This document shows, piece after piece, positions 26,004-36,742 of a stretch of 41,383 nucleotides of DNA. The translations under genes and the position numbers were made by a program. The notes under the pieces were generated by a model that did not search any database, was not told the origin of the DNA, and saw only the letters and a list, made by a program, of their open reading frames with translations. The number at the start of each line of letters is the position of its first letter. The stretch's first letter is position 1. The DNA is from a virus. Its lineage: Duplodnaviria; Caudoviricetes. The stretch lies in IMG/VR virus record IMGVR_UViG_3300016476_000410, positions 1-41,383 of that record. The stretch is one strand, 5' to 3'.

Positions 26004-26762
26004 ATGAATAATAAATTTAATTCAGCATATAAAATTAAATCTCAAGGATTAGAAATTAAAGATGTTGATACTACTTCACGTAAGGTTGCGATGTATTTAG
26101 CACACTTTAACAACATAGATTCAGATAATGATATGATTGTAAAAGGTGCTTTTGCAAAATCTTTACAGGAACGTGGTGTTGAATCAAGTTCTAATCGTAA
26201 AATAGCATTTTTAAGACATCATGATTGGAAGTGGCAGATTGGAAAATTTATCGAACTAAAAGAAGATGACAATGGATTGTATGCTGTTGGTGAATTAGGA
26301 AATTCCACACTTGGTAACGATGCTTTATGCGATTATCAAGATGGTATTATCAAAGAACATTCTATTGGATTTAGATACATAAAAGATAAATTAAAGTGGA
26401 TTGACGATGCTACAATGGAATCTAAAGGATATTATCAAGTTAATGAGGTTGCATTATGGGAAGGTTCAGCGGTTACATTTGGTGCTAATGAAATGACTCC
26501 AGTATTAGAAGTTGGTAAATCAGAGAATAAAGCTGAACTTATAACTAACATTACTTCTGAAATGGAAACAATCGTTAAAGCATTGGGTAATGGAAGTAGA
26601 ACTGATGAATCTTTATATTCACTTGAAATGCGACATAAGTTCTTATCATCACAACTTAGTGAAATGGCTAATATGAGTGTAGAAGCAACTGATGTAAAAC
26701 AAAATCTAATTACTGAATTAAAATCGTTTGATTGGAACGAAGTATTTAATAATTTAAAATAA
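26004..26762 (+). CDS. HK97-family prohead protease
   Basis: FNNIDSD.D.I.KGAF, L..HD....IG, EHSIGF and LWEGSAVTFGAN..TP motifs. Confidence 0.92.
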   Translation: MNNKFNSAYKIKSQGLEIKDVDTTSRKVAMYLAHFNNIDSDNDMIVKGAFAKSLQERGVESSSNRKIAFLRHHDWKWQIGKFIELKEDDNGLYAVGELGNSTLGNDALCDYQDGIIKEHSIGFRYIKDKLKWIDDATMESKGYYQVNEVALWEGSAVTFGANEMTPVLEVGKSENKAELITNITSEMETIVKALGNGSRTDESLYSLEMRHKFLSSQLSEMANMSVEATDVKQNLITELKSFDWNEVFNNLK

Positions 26763-26768
26763 GACGTT

Positions 26769-26954
26769 ATGGCGAAGTTAAAACAAGAAAAGGTAGAATT
26801 ACAAGACAAACAAGAAAAAGTATCGTTAGATGCTAAGAAAATGTATGATTTCGAATCAAATGGTTCTTGTTCTTATTTACCAAAAGGAAAATATGAGATA
26901 ACTGGTGAACAAGCAGAAATTTTTAGTCGTTTAGGATATGGCAAAGTTTGTTAG
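26769..26954 (+). CDS. Small hypothetical virion-associated protein
   Basis: Head cluster context. Confidence 0.6.
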   Translation: MAKLKQEKVELQDKQEKVSLDAKKMYDFESNGSCSYLPKGKYEITGEQAEIFSRLGYGKVC

Positions 26955-27441
26955 TAATGCCGATTTTATAGATAAGTTTGAATTATCTACTGGTTTATAT
27001 TCTAACACTAAGATAGACGAATACATAGATAGATATGAAGATATTTATTTAGTAGAATTATTTGGGGTAGAATTATATAATGAATTTATAGCTGATTTAG
27101 ATAACAATAATGTTCCTCAAGACGTAAAATTCACTAAAGTATTTGAGCCATTTAATGAGCAAATTGGTTTTTCTTTGATGATGTCAAGAGGAATAAAAGA
27201 TATGCTTGTTGGGTTTATTTATTTTCAATATCTAAGAGATTTAGCAACACAAACAACAAATGTAGGAGTAGTTAAACCGCAAGAACAAAACTCGAAAGTA
27301 ATTACAGCACATACTCCTATTTATTTAAAGTATAACGAATCAGTAAAAACATATAACGCAATACAAGAATATATCTTGCTAAATATGTCAACTTATGCAG
27401 GTTTTAGAGGTGTTCAAAAATTTTATGCTTATTGGATATGA
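26938..27441 (+). CDS. Putative head-tail connector/adaptor
   Basis: Helical 167-aa protein (I..Y..E..YL.EL.G.ELY); context. Confidence 0.55.
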   Translation: MAKFVSNADFIDKFELSTGLYSNTKIDEYIDRYEDIYLVELFGVELYNEFIADLDNNNVPQDVKFTKVFEPFNEQIGFSLMMSRGIKDMLVGFIYFQYLRDLATQTTNVGVVKPQEQNSKVITAHTPIYLKYNESVKTYNAIQEYILLNMSTYAGFRGVQKFYAYWI

Positions 27442-28127
27442 AAGAAGTTACAGAATTATTTGATGCTATTGTATTAGATATAGATAGTAGTATAAAGATT
27501 TACAGCATTGAAAGTTTGTCTGGAAATACTACTATCAAAACTTGCAATACAAAATGGGCGAGAAAAGGGAAAAAAATATCACTTGAACTTATGGACGATA
27601 GTGTTTTGGAACTTAAAATAGCATCAGTAATTAATAACGAAGAAATTGTAGTGGGTGGAACTCATGACATTAAAAGTGTAATGTTATTAAACCCATTTAA
27701 AATAAGCGGAACTAAAACATCAACTAATAACGAATGGAATAAAGCAGATAGGGATTTGACTAAAAAAACACCGTTAATTTGGTTATATCCTAACTATACA
27801 GAAAAAGTATATGGTGATGAAGCATCACTTGAAAGAACAATCACAATGAGTATTGCATTTCTTGATGAAACCAATCCAAAATTTCAGAAAAACGAAGAAC
27901 ATATAGAAAATGCTGTAATACCAATGAAAAATTTGGTATATGAATTTATTAAAAGTTTTAACAATAAAGCTATTTATAAAAAGTTAAAAGATTACAGTTT
28001 AAAAACTTATAGTAGATTTGGTGTTGAAACTGACAGTGGTATAATTCAAAACATACTTGATGCTGATTTAGCAGGGGTTGTTTTGACTGTAACACTTGAT
28101 AAGTTCAAAGAGCCATGTAAATGTTAG
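27438..28127 (+). CDS. Putative neck/tail-completion protein
   Basis: Context; ATG 27438 overlaps the upstream stop. Confidence 0.5.
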   Translation: MKEVTELFDAIVLDIDSSIKIYSIESLSGNTTIKTCNTKWARKGKKISLELMDDSVLELKIASVINNEEIVVGGTHDIKSVMLLNPFKISGTKTSTNNEWNKADRDLTKKTPLIWLYPNYTEKVYGDEASLERTITMSIAFLDETNPKFQKNEEHIENAVIPMKNLVYEFIKSFNNKAIYKKLKDYSLKTYSRFGVETDSGIIQNILDADLAGVVLTVTLDKFKEPCKC

Positions 28128-28218
28128 TTCAGTCATAGAGCCGATTAAATAATCACTTTATAATTAAACCCAACATAGGTCGAAAGATTTATTGTTTAAT
28201 TATTAAAAATTATTTAAA

Positions 28219-29427
28219 GTGGAAATGACACCAGAACAAGTAGTTGATAAAATCAACTCATTAGTTGCTGAAAAAACAGCAAACTCAGTTTCTAAAGATG
28301 AATTAGAAGCGTTAAAATCTCAATTAACTTCATTAGAGTCTAAATCAGATAACACTGAAGTAAAATCTGCTATTGCTAAATTAGAAGGAATGATTGAAGG
28401 TCTTAAAGAAGCTAAGACTGAAAAGAAAAATGTATTCAAGTCAATGGGTGAAGCTATTGCTGATGCTTTTGAAACTTCAATTGACAAAATTACAGAAGTA
28501 AAAGAAAATGGTGGTTTAATGAATCTTGATGTTAAAGCGGTAGGAACTATGACTATCACTAACAACTATTCAGGTGGAACTGTTGCATTATCTCAATTAG
28601 AAGCAGGTGTTGCTCGTATTGCTCGTAGAATGCCTTTCTTACGTCAGTTAGTTAACACAGCAGGGACAACTTCAAAGTATATCACTTACTTACAGTCTAA
28701 CGGACAAGAAGGTGGTGCAGATATGACTGCTGAAGGTGCATTAAAATCACAAGCAGACTTCAACTTAGTAGAAACTTCAGTTGAGGTTAAGAAAATCACT
28801 GCTTGGATTAAAGTATCTAAAGAAATGATTGCTGATTTACCATTTATGAGAAACGAAATCAACAACGAATTAATGGAGTTGGTTGAATTGAAATTAGATT
28901 CTCAGGTATTATCAGGTGATGGAACAGGAAACAACTTGACTGGTATCTTACAAAACGCTGTTGCTTTTTCAGCTGGTGGTTTTGCTTTATCTATCCCATC
29001 TCCTAACGAGTACGATGCTTTAAGAGTTGCTATTTCTCAAATTCAAGGTAACTTGTTTAACCCTAACTACATTATCTTACACCCTGAAGATGTAGCAAAA
29101 ATGGAATTAAACAAAACTACTACTGGAGAATACACTTATGCTATGCACTATACTGCTGACGGAGTTGTTAGAGTTAAATCTATTCCAGTTGTAGAAAATA
29201 CAGGTATTACAGCAGGAACTTTCTTGGTTGGTGATTTCACTAAATCTAACTTACGTATCAGAGAAGATTTGAACATTCAAGTTGGTTATGTAAATGATGA
29301 CTTTACTAAAAACTTAATGACAATTTTGTGTGAAGCAAGAGCGGTTCATTACGTTAAGTCTAATCACTATAACGCATTTGTTAAAGGAACTTTCTCAACT
29401 GCAAAAACTGCATTGTTAAAACCATAA
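28219..29427 (+). CDS. Major capsid protein (HK97 fold, N-terminal coiled-coil delta domain)
   Basis: AEGALK, KI.AWIKVSKEMIAD, Q.LSGDGTG.NL.GI, HP.D, GDF and F.KN..TI..E.R motifs. Confidence 0.95.
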   Translation: MEMTPEQVVDKINSLVAEKTANSVSKDELEALKSQLTSLESKSDNTEVKSAIAKLEGMIEGLKEAKTEKKNVFKSMGEAIADAFETSIDKITEVKENGGLMNLDVKAVGTMTITNNYSGGTVALSQLEAGVARIARRMPFLRQLVNTAGTTSKYITYLQSNGQEGGADMTAEGALKSQADFNLVETSVEVKKITAWIKVSKEMIADLPFMRNEINNELMELVELKLDSQVLSGDGTGNNLTGILQNAVAFSAGGFALSIPSPNEYDALRVAISQIQGNLFNPNYIILHPEDVAKMELNKTTTGEYTYAMHYTADGVVRVKSIPVVENTGITAGTFLVGDFTKSNLRIREDLNIQVGYVNDDFTKNLMTILCEARAVHYVKSNHYNAFVKGTFSTAKTALLKP

Positions 29428-29433
29428 TTAATT

Positions 29434-29460
29434 GAGGGGTAACCAATCCCCTCTTATTTT
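29434..29460 (+). terminator. Terminator/stabilising hairpin after the capsid gene
   Basis: GAGGGG/CCCCTC stem plus TTATTTT. Confidence 0.6.
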
Positions 29461-29483
29461 CTTAATCTTTAAAATTTAAAAAT

Positions 29484-30386
29484 ATGTCATTAGGTTGTAA
29501 ATGTGATTTAGGTTTATCAAATACTGGTTTACCAAACTGTATCACTATTCAAAGTGTTACATCAAAATTAATTCTTGTTCCAATTTTTAATTCTACTGGT
29601 GCAAAAAACAAAATTGACTTAGCTACTCCTTTAACGGAAACTTCTGTATTAGCATTGTTAAATCAAGCTGATTCAAGCAAAAGATGGTTTCCTCTTGGAA
29701 CATTTGAAAACGTTACTATGGAGAAAGCTGAATCTTCTTTTGAGGAAGCACCTTCAGGTAAAAAAGTTTTCATTAAACAAGGTAAACGTTCATTTGCAGG
29801 TGAACTTTGGTCGGCAACACCTACTTTATTAGGTAAAATTCAAGATAACAGATGTGTTGAGTTCGGGGTTTATGTAGTTGACGTTAACGGAAACTTAATT
29901 GGTTCTAAAAACGGAACTGATTTATATCCAATTCCAGTTGACAATCAGTCATTTGATGCTCGTTTAATGTATGCTACTGATTCTACTGTTCAAAAAATCA
30001 TGGTTGCATTTGACTTTGAAAGATTGTTTGATGAAGGAACTTTATGGATTATCACACCTGCTGATGCTACTAACTATGACTTCAATAATGCTGAAGGATT
30101 GTTAGATGTTAACTTGTCTAAAACTTCTGCTACTCAAACTACTTTAGTTTTGAAAGCAAATCTTGACTATGGAACTGGTGCTAACGGTATTGCTGTTAAA
30201 GGTTTAGTTCAAGCAGATTTCACATTGAAACTTGCTTCTACTTTAGCTTCAATTACATTGACTTCAGTTACAGCAGTAGACAACAACTACACATTAAACT
30301 TTGCATCTCAAACAGCAGGTGCTTCAGTTATTGTAACAGTTGCTAAAACTGGTTATGTAGGAACATTAACTACTACTTTGAACTAA
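29484..30386 (+). CDS. Major tail (tube) protein with C-terminal Ig-like extension
   Basis: Codon usage like the capsid gene; followed by a strong terminator; T/A/V-rich C-terminus. Confidence 0.7.
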   Translation: MSLGCKCDLGLSNTGLPNCITIQSVTSKLILVPIFNSTGAKNKIDLATPLTETSVLALLNQADSSKRWFPLGTFENVTMEKAESSFEEAPSGKKVFIKQGKRSFAGELWSATPTLLGKIQDNRCVEFGVYVVDVNGNLIGSKNGTDLYPIPVDNQSFDARLMYATDSTVQKIMVAFDFERLFDEGTLWIITPADATNYDFNNAEGLLDVNLSKTSATQTTLVLKANLDYGTGANGIAVKGLVQADFTLKLASTLASITLTSVTAVDNNYTLNFASQTAGASVIVTVAKTGYVGTLTTTLN

Positions 30387-30411
30387 TCAATTGTAATAGT
30401 TATGATATTAG

Positions 30412-30447
30412 GGGAGATAGAAATATCTCCCTTTTTTTATACCTTTG
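30412..30447 (+). terminator. Terminator (GGGAGATA-GAAA-TATCTCCC-T7) immediately followed by a TACCTTTG promoter element
   Basis: Perfect 8-bp stem with GNRA loop; -7 element at 30440-30447. Confidence 0.8.
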
Positions 30448-30452
30448 TTTTT

Positions 30453-30941
30453 ATGAGTTTATTTGGTAAAACGGTATTAGGAGAATCTTTTGCTAATTTA
30501 AAGAGATTAGAAACTCTTAGATTATGGGTTGATAGTTTTGATTCAGAACTAAAAGAATTTGTCTTAAAATTGATACAATACGACCAATTAATAATGAAAG
30601 GAATTAGAGATGATGGAACTATAATTGGAAAATATTCAGAGTTAACAGAACAAATAAATCCCAATAAAAAAGCAGGGACTCCTTATACATTATTAGATAC
30701 TGGAGAATTTTTTAATAGTATGTTTGTTCAGGTGCTGGACGATGGTTTTGTAGTAGATGCTGATGATGAAAAAACAGGCAAAAGAAGAGTTGGAGATGAA
30801 ATAACATCATTTACAGTTCATTTATTTGATTTGTATGGTGATGGAATAGTTGGATTGACAGAAGATAGCAAAGAAGAATTTATACAAGAATTAAGAATTA
30901 AAATGATAAATAAATGCAGGGAGTATATTACACAAGCATAG
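30453..30941 (+). CDS. Putative neck/tail morphogenesis protein
   Basis: YTL.DTGEFF.S and YG..I.GLT motifs; the track start at 30402 lies upstream of the terminator. Confidence 0.6.
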   Translation: MSLFGKTVLGESFANLKRLETLRLWVDSFDSELKEFVLKLIQYDQLIMKGIRDDGTIIGKYSELTEQINPNKKAGTPYTLLDTGEFFNSMFVQVLDDGFVVDADDEKTGKRRVGDEITSFTVHLFDLYGDGIVGLTEDSKEEFIQELRIKMINKCREYITQA

Positions 30942-31363
30942 AGGACATGCCATTGTTTAATTGGCACAAATGTCTTAATGGAGATTTTTATTACGTTAGA
31001 GTTGATACTAAGCAATCAGATTTACCTGAATGTGAAAAAGCATTTGAAAAAGTGTATGAATCTTACATGAATGAATTTGGTATAGACAAAACATATAAAA
31101 GGCAAATAGAACTGATTAAGAAAATAGCTTTGTTACAATGTGATTACTTAGTAACAAAAGACCAGTTCAAATTAACTCAAATTGAGGTGGAAAATGCTAA
31201 ATTAGAAATGCAAAAAGGGGATTTAAAGAATAGTATTACTTTACAGCAAACTTTAATATATCTTTCAAAATGGATTGGTTATAGGTTAGACTGGAAGCAA
31301 GTGTCTGTAAGTGAGTATTATACAATATTAAACGAAAGTTCAAAACAAGCGAAAAATGGCTAA
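30914..31363 (+). CDS. Putative tail assembly chaperone
   Basis: Immediately precedes the tape measure gene. Confidence 0.55.
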   Translation: MQGVYYTSIEDMPLFNWHKCLNGDFYYVRVDTKQSDLPECEKAFEKVYESYMNEFGIDKTYKRQIELIKKIALLQCDYLVTKDQFKLTQIEVENAKLEMQKGDLKNSITLQQTLIYLSKWIGYRLDWKQVSVSEYYTILNESSKQAKNG

Positions 31364-34300
31364 AAAAATATCAAGCGAAGATTTATTTGAAAAGGAATTA
31401 TTCAAAGTATTAATTGAAGAAATTAATAAAGCAGAATCAGAAGTTAAAAAACTTGAAGGTAATTTAACTCAATTAGGTTCTAAACTTAAAGAATCATTAC
31501 AAGGTGCTAAAATTGATAATTTAGAAAATATCAACAAAATTCTTAATGGTTCAAAAGAAGCAAATAAAGCACTTGCTGAACAAATTCAACTTGAAAAATC
31601 AATTGCCGAATTACAAGCCAAAAAATTAAAACTACAAGACGAACTTTCTAATAGAGCAGAAAAAAATAGAGTAGCAGAAATAAAATTGCAACAAGCAAGA
31701 GAAAAGGCTATTGATAATTTTAATAAAAAAGAACAACAACAAGCCAAAAAACTTGAAAAAGAAGCAAAAGAAGCAGATAATTTAGCAAATGCTTATAAGC
31801 GTTTAGAGAAAAACACTCGTGAACTTAAAAACGAAAGTAAGCGGTTAGGTGCTGAAATGCTTGAATTAGAAAAAGCAGGGAAAAGAAATACCAAAGAATA
31901 TGCAAATTTAGAAAACCAATATAAACAAACTACAAAATCAGCACAAGAAGGAGATAAAGCACTAAAGAAGTTAGACAATACAGTAGGGGATAATTTCAGG
32001 AGTGTAGGTAACTATGGTAAAGCATTAGGCGGTCTTAAAAAGGTAATGCAAAACATAGGGTATGCTTTTGGTGTATTTGAAGCAATAAACTTTGTAAAAC
32101 AATTAGGTGCAACACAAGTTAAACTTGATAGTCTTAAATTATCATTACAAAACGTAAGTGATGGCACAAATGAGTTTACAAGAAATATGGCTTTTGTGGT
32201 TAATATTTCTAAACAATACGGACAAGATTTACTTTCTACAATAGATACCTATAAAAACTTTATAGCATCTACTAAAGATAGCAATTTAGCATTAGGAGAA
32301 AGACAAATGATATATGAGAGTTTGATTAAGTCAACTGCATCATTAGCATTGTCAAATGAAGATACTGAAGGAACTTTACGTGCTGTTCAGCAAATGTTTG
32401 CTAAGGGTAAAATACAAGCGGAAGAATTAACTCAACAGTTAGGTGATAGACTACCATCAGCAACAAGAATAATGGCAAAAGCAGTAGGCGTTGGTACTGC
32501 CGAGTTGTTTAAAATGATGAAGAATGGGGAATTATTGGCTGATGAAGTAATGCCAAGGTTTGCTCAAATATTAGAAGAAGAAGTAGGTAAAAATGCAGAA
32601 AAAAGACTACAGACTATTGGTGGTGCATTTAACTTATTAAGAACTAATATGACATTATACATTGATGAATTACAAAGTTCGTTTAATGTAAATAGAACGT
32701 TTTCTTGGTTTATAGTTAAAATAGCAAAAAATATAGATGGTATAATCAGTTTAGTTGGTAAAGCAATAAGATATTGGACAGAGTATAAATTAGCAATGGT
32801 TGCTGTAAATACTACTCAATTAATTCTTAATGGTGGATTTAAGCAATTAGCAATGAATTTACTTGGTATATCAAGTAAGTTAAAGAATGTTAGTGATGAA
32901 GCAGAGAAATCAGCAAAAGCATCATCTATGCTTAAAAATGCTATAGCAGGTATTGGTGTTGGTATTTTGGCGGAAGTTGTTTATCAATTGTATCGAATAG
33001 CATCAGGAGCAGAGGTTGCAGAAGATGCTATGAATAAATTAAATTACCAAACACAAAAAGGTGCTGAAAACACTCTTAAAATAGTTAAAAAAGGATATAA
33101 AAAGTATTACGATGAAGTAGCAGAGTTAAGAAAACAAAAGTTAACTCCTAAAGAGTTTGAAGCAGGTCAAAAACAAGCACAGAAAAATTTAGCAGACTTT
33201 TTAAGTGGAAATGCTAAAATCATAAAAGGTCGTAGAGAAGAATACGAGATGGAATATAAACTATTATTGAAATCTCAAAAAGAAATGTTGGCTGGAGAAT
33301 CAAAAGATTTTCCAACATTTACACCTGAAGATTTAAGAGAGTCGTTTTTTAGACAAACACAATCTATTGGTTCTAAATATAATATGGATATCTCTCCTAA
33401 TTTGAAACCTGAAACACAGGCATACGGAATAATCAATCAATTAAAAGCAAATATAGAAGCATTATATGATGAAGAAAAAAACCTAAATCAAGAAACTAAA
33501 AAAGTTACTGATAATATAGGTAAAAACGGAAAAGCAGTTAAAAAAGCAACAACACCTTATATGGAGCATACCAAAGAGGTTGCTGACATGAATACCCAAT
33601 ATAAGGAGTTAAACTTTTTATTAGATGAACAAATTACTTTATTAGAAGAATTAAAACAAACTGAATTAGATTACAAAGCAAGTAGAATAGAGAAAGGAAC
33701 TGAAAAAACACTTACAGATGTTATGGACACAGCATCTAATTATGGTATAGTTGATGAAAATGCTATTAGAGCATCTATAAAAGCAAAGGTAGATGCACAA
33801 TTGGAAGCAGAAGAATCAAGATATAAAGCGGAATCAGGAAAGTTTCTTTTAGAAGCAGAATTAGAAACTCGTAAAGAACTTGATGATTTAAATGAAGAAA
33901 GAGAAGATAAACAACGCAGATTGCAAGAAATGGAATCTGATATTGCAAGATATAAGGCAGATTTAACAGCAAATTATAAAAATGAAGGTAAAAGCGACAA
34001 ACAGATTGCAAAATTAGTTAAGGATAATGAATACATACAAAATTCTACAAAAGCATTAGCAGATTACAGAATAAAAGTACAAGAAGGGTTTGATAAAAAA
34101 TCTGCTGAAATATTAGATAGAGATGAAACACGTAAAAAGAATGCAAGACTAAAAGAAGAAAAACTAACTAAAAAACATAACGAGGATATTAAGAATATTA
34201 ATGATGATGCAAATGAAGAATTATTTAACGCAATAAAAGAAGCAGAGTATCTAAAAGCAGAACATGATTTAAACAAGATAAAACAACTTGCTAACTCTAC

Positions 34301-35057
34301 CAACGAACTAATACAAATGGGTATGGACGCTTATGTAAAATCACTTGAACGTAACATATCATTAGTAGAAGATAGAATGAATCGTTTAAATCAAAGTATT
34401 GACTTCTTACAACAAAAAGCGGCTACTGGTAATATTACTGCAAATGAATCACTTGCAAAGGCACAAGAAGACCAATTAAATGCAGAAAAAGAAAAGGCTA
34501 AATTTCAAAGAACAATACAACGTATGCAATTTGCCATGACAATTTTTAATGCTTACAATTCAAATATTCAAAATGCAAAAGTTGGTGAAAATCCATTTAC
34601 CAAAACTATTACTGATATTTCAGCACTAACTGCATTTGTTGGTTCACTTCCTACATTCTATACAGGAACAAATACAACGGTAGAAGATGCTTTAGGGCAA
34701 GGTCAATTATCAGGTAGAGATGGACATATTATTAGAGTTGATGGTTCAGAGAAAATTTTAAACCCTTATTTATCACAAAAAACTGGTGATTTAACTACTT
34801 TTGAGATAGCAAGAATTGCAGAGGATAGACTTAAAGGTAAATTGGTTTATAATAACGAAAATAATACAGCAAATAACATGTGGGCGAGTATTAAGTTGAT
34901 TGACGAAATTCAAGACCTTAAAAGCATTATAAAGAACAAACCTGAAACTAATATTGCTATGGGAGAGATTGTTGGTGGAGTAATGAAAATTGTAGAATCA
35001 ACAAAAGTAAATAATACGACAACAAGAAACATTCATAGATTTAACAAGAAAATATGA
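31356..35057 (+). CDS. Tail tape measure protein
   Basis: 1233 aa coiled-coil; A.QQM.AKGK.QAEEL..QLGDRLP motif; C-terminal PTFY.GT...GSEKI. Confidence 0.92.
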   Translation: MAKKISSEDLFEKELFKVLIEEINKAESEVKKLEGNLTQLGSKLKESLQGAKIDNLENINKILNGSKEANKALAEQIQLEKSIAELQAKKLKLQDELSNRAEKNRVAEIKLQQAREKAIDNFNKKEQQQAKKLEKEAKEADNLANAYKRLEKNTRELKNESKRLGAEMLELEKAGKRNTKEYANLENQYKQTTKSAQEGDKALKKLDNTVGDNFRSVGNYGKALGGLKKVMQNIGYAFGVFEAINFVKQLGATQVKLDSLKLSLQNVSDGTNEFTRNMAFVVNISKQYGQDLLSTIDTYKNFIASTKDSNLALGERQMIYESLIKSTASLALSNEDTEGTLRAVQQMFAKGKIQAEELTQQLGDRLPSATRIMAKAVGVGTAELFKMMKNGELLADEVMPRFAQILEEEVGKNAEKRLQTIGGAFNLLRTNMTLYIDELQSSFNVNRTFSWFIVKIAKNIDGIISLVGKAIRYWTEYKLAMVAVNTTQLILNGGFKQLAMNLLGISSKLKNVSDEAEKSAKASSMLKNAIAGIGVGILAEVVYQLYRIASGAEVAEDAMNKLNYQTQKGAENTLKIVKKGYKKYYDEVAELRKQKLTPKEFEAGQKQAQKNLADFLSGNAKIIKGRREEYEMEYKLLLKSQKEMLAGESKDFPTFTPEDLRESFFRQTQSIGSKYNMDISPNLKPETQAYGIINQLKANIEALYDEEKNLNQETKKVTDNIGKNGKAVKKATTPYMEHTKEVADMNTQYKELNFLLDEQITLLEELKQTELDYKASRIEKGTEKTLTDVMDTASNYGIVDENAIRASIKAKVDAQLEAEESRYKAESGKFLLEAELETRKELDDLNEEREDKQRRLQEMESDIARYKADLTANYKNEGKSDKQIAKLVKDNEYIQNSTKALADYRIKVQEGFDKKSAEILDRDETRKKNARLKEEKLTKKHNEDIKNINDDANEELFNAIKEAEYLKAEHDLNKIKQLANSTNELIQMGMDAYVKSLERNISLVEDRMNRLNQSIDFLQQKAATGNITANESLAKAQEDQLNAEKEKAKFQRTIQRMQFAMTIFNAYNSNIQNAKVGENPFTKTITDISALTAFVGSLPTFYTGTNTTVEDALGQGQLSGRDGHIIRVDGSEKILNPYLSQKTGDLTTFEIARIAEDRLKGKLVYNNENNTANNMWASIKLIDEIQDLKSIIKNKPETNIAMGEIVGGVMKIVESTKVNNTTTRNIHRFNKKI

Positions 35058-36730
35058 AGCATTTTATAAATGGAACTGAAGTAACACCGAGAAACCTTGA
35101 GGATATAGGAATCTCGGTGGACTTTTCTAAGGACGTTCAACAAGAATCTATAAATATTGACAATGTAATTATTCCTATGGTAGGTAGGGATATTATCATG
35201 AATCATTTAAATACGATAGGAATATCTGAGGGAATACCATACGAAATATCTTTTGGAACTAAAAAACTACCTTACTATATTGATTTAGTCGAATCCTTAA
35301 AGATTAGAACTAACGAAGTAGAAGTTAAAATAAAACAAAGATATGCTCATGATAACTTTATAGAAAATGCAGAATCATTAACATTTGACTTTCTTAATTC
35401 AAAGAAAAAAATAACTGTTTATGATGCAAAATATAGAATTATTCAGCAAGAGCCTTTATTTAAAGCTATTGTTGTAACTACTACTATTTACGCAACAGCA
35501 AGAACAATACAAGACCAGATTAGAGAAGTTTCTAAAACTACAAAGGAATTTACATCAACAATAACTTTTGCACCATTTGCTGTTCAAGGTAAAGCATTTG
35601 AAGCAGGTTTACAGTTAGTTATACAAATTGCATACTTAGTTATATTGGTTATTCAGATTAAAAAATTAGCACAAGAATTAAAAGAGTTAATATTTCCTAA
35701 AACAAGACTTTATAAAGCCTGTAAAGTAATTGATTTAATGAAAGCAGGTTGTGAACATTTAGGATATACCTTTAAGTCATCTATATTAGAAAAAGAATAT
35801 AAAAACTTAGCAATTGTTTCTACACCTCAAAACAAAGGTAAAAAAGGTATATTAGATTATTTAGAATCAGACTTAAACTTTGCATTTAATACAGGCTATC
35901 CAACTATCTCAGATTCAACGCCTACATTAGGTTCATTGATAAAAGCTATGCAAACAATGTTTAATGCTAAAATCAAAGTAAGAAACAAAGTTGTTGAATT
36001 TGAAAGGTGGGATTATTGGTTATCACAATCTCAAGGTTCTTTAAATTTAGGGTTACCATTACAAGATGATGCAGTAGATGAGTTTGAAATTGATACAGAA
36101 AGAATCTATAAAAGATACTTAATACAATATCAGACTGATTTTTCAGATATGACTACACTTGATAATTACCCTAATACAGCAAGTGAATATTCAGCTGAGA
36201 GAAAAACAATTATAAACCCAGATTTAAACCTTTTAAAAGGACTTACGAATGCTAATATACCATTTGCTAAGGCAAAAAGAAAAACACTTGTTAATTGGCT
36301 TGAAAAGAAATATCTTGAAATGTTTAAAAAGATAGATTCAACTTTTGGAACTAACTATGCAAATACTAAATCACCTTTAGGTATAATGGAGGTAACAAGT
36401 CAATATTTTTCAGTTTCTAAATTGATATTAGTTGATAATAGCGGTAAATTATTTGACGATGAAAAAATTAGTCCAACTTACTTATGGAATAAGTTTCATG
36501 TTATTAATGACCCTAACTTATATACATGGATTATTAGGAGAAAGGTTCCTACTGCTATGACAGAAGAAGAATTTTTAAAGTTATTAGACAATAATTACGC
36601 ACCAATAAATGGTAAGGTTAGTGAAATAATATCAGTAGAGTATTTACCTATGCAAAATAAGGCTTTAATAGACTACAAACAAAATGTAAACTTCTATAAG
36701 CAAAATGTTACTATACAAAAAATTTATTAA
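35054..36730 (+). CDS. Tail tip/hub protein (putative)
   Basis: Follows the tape measure gene. Confidence 0.6.
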   Translation: MKHFINGTEVTPRNLEDIGISVDFSKDVQQESINIDNVIIPMVGRDIIMNHLNTIGISEGIPYEISFGTKKLPYYIDLVESLKIRTNEVEVKIKQRYAHDNFIENAESLTFDFLNSKKKITVYDAKYRIIQQEPLFKAIVVTTTIYATARTIQDQIREVSKTTKEFTSTITFAPFAVQGKAFEAGLQLVIQIAYLVILVIQIKKLAQELKELIFPKTRLYKACKVIDLMKAGCEHLGYTFKSSILEKEYKNLAIVSTPQNKGKKGILDYLESDLNFAFNTGYPTISDSTPTLGSLIKAMQTMFNAKIKVRNKVVEFERWDYWLSQSQGSLNLGLPLQDDAVDEFEIDTERIYKRYLIQYQTDFSDMTTLDNYPNTASEYSAERKTIINPDLNLLKGLTNANIPFAKAKRKTLVNWLEKKYLEMFKKIDSTFGTNYANTKSPLGIMEVTSQYFSVSKLILVDNSGKLFDDEKISPTYLWNKFHVINDPNLYTWIIRRKVPTAMTEEEFLKLLDNNYAPINGKVSEIISVEYLPMQNKALIDYKQNVNFYKQNVTIQKIY

Positions 36731-36742
36731 TAATTTTATAGC

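Noticed and set aside
30880-30960. Programmed frameshift for a tail chaperone
   Set aside because: No clear X XXY YYZ slippery site at the overlap; the downstream ORF has its own ATG.
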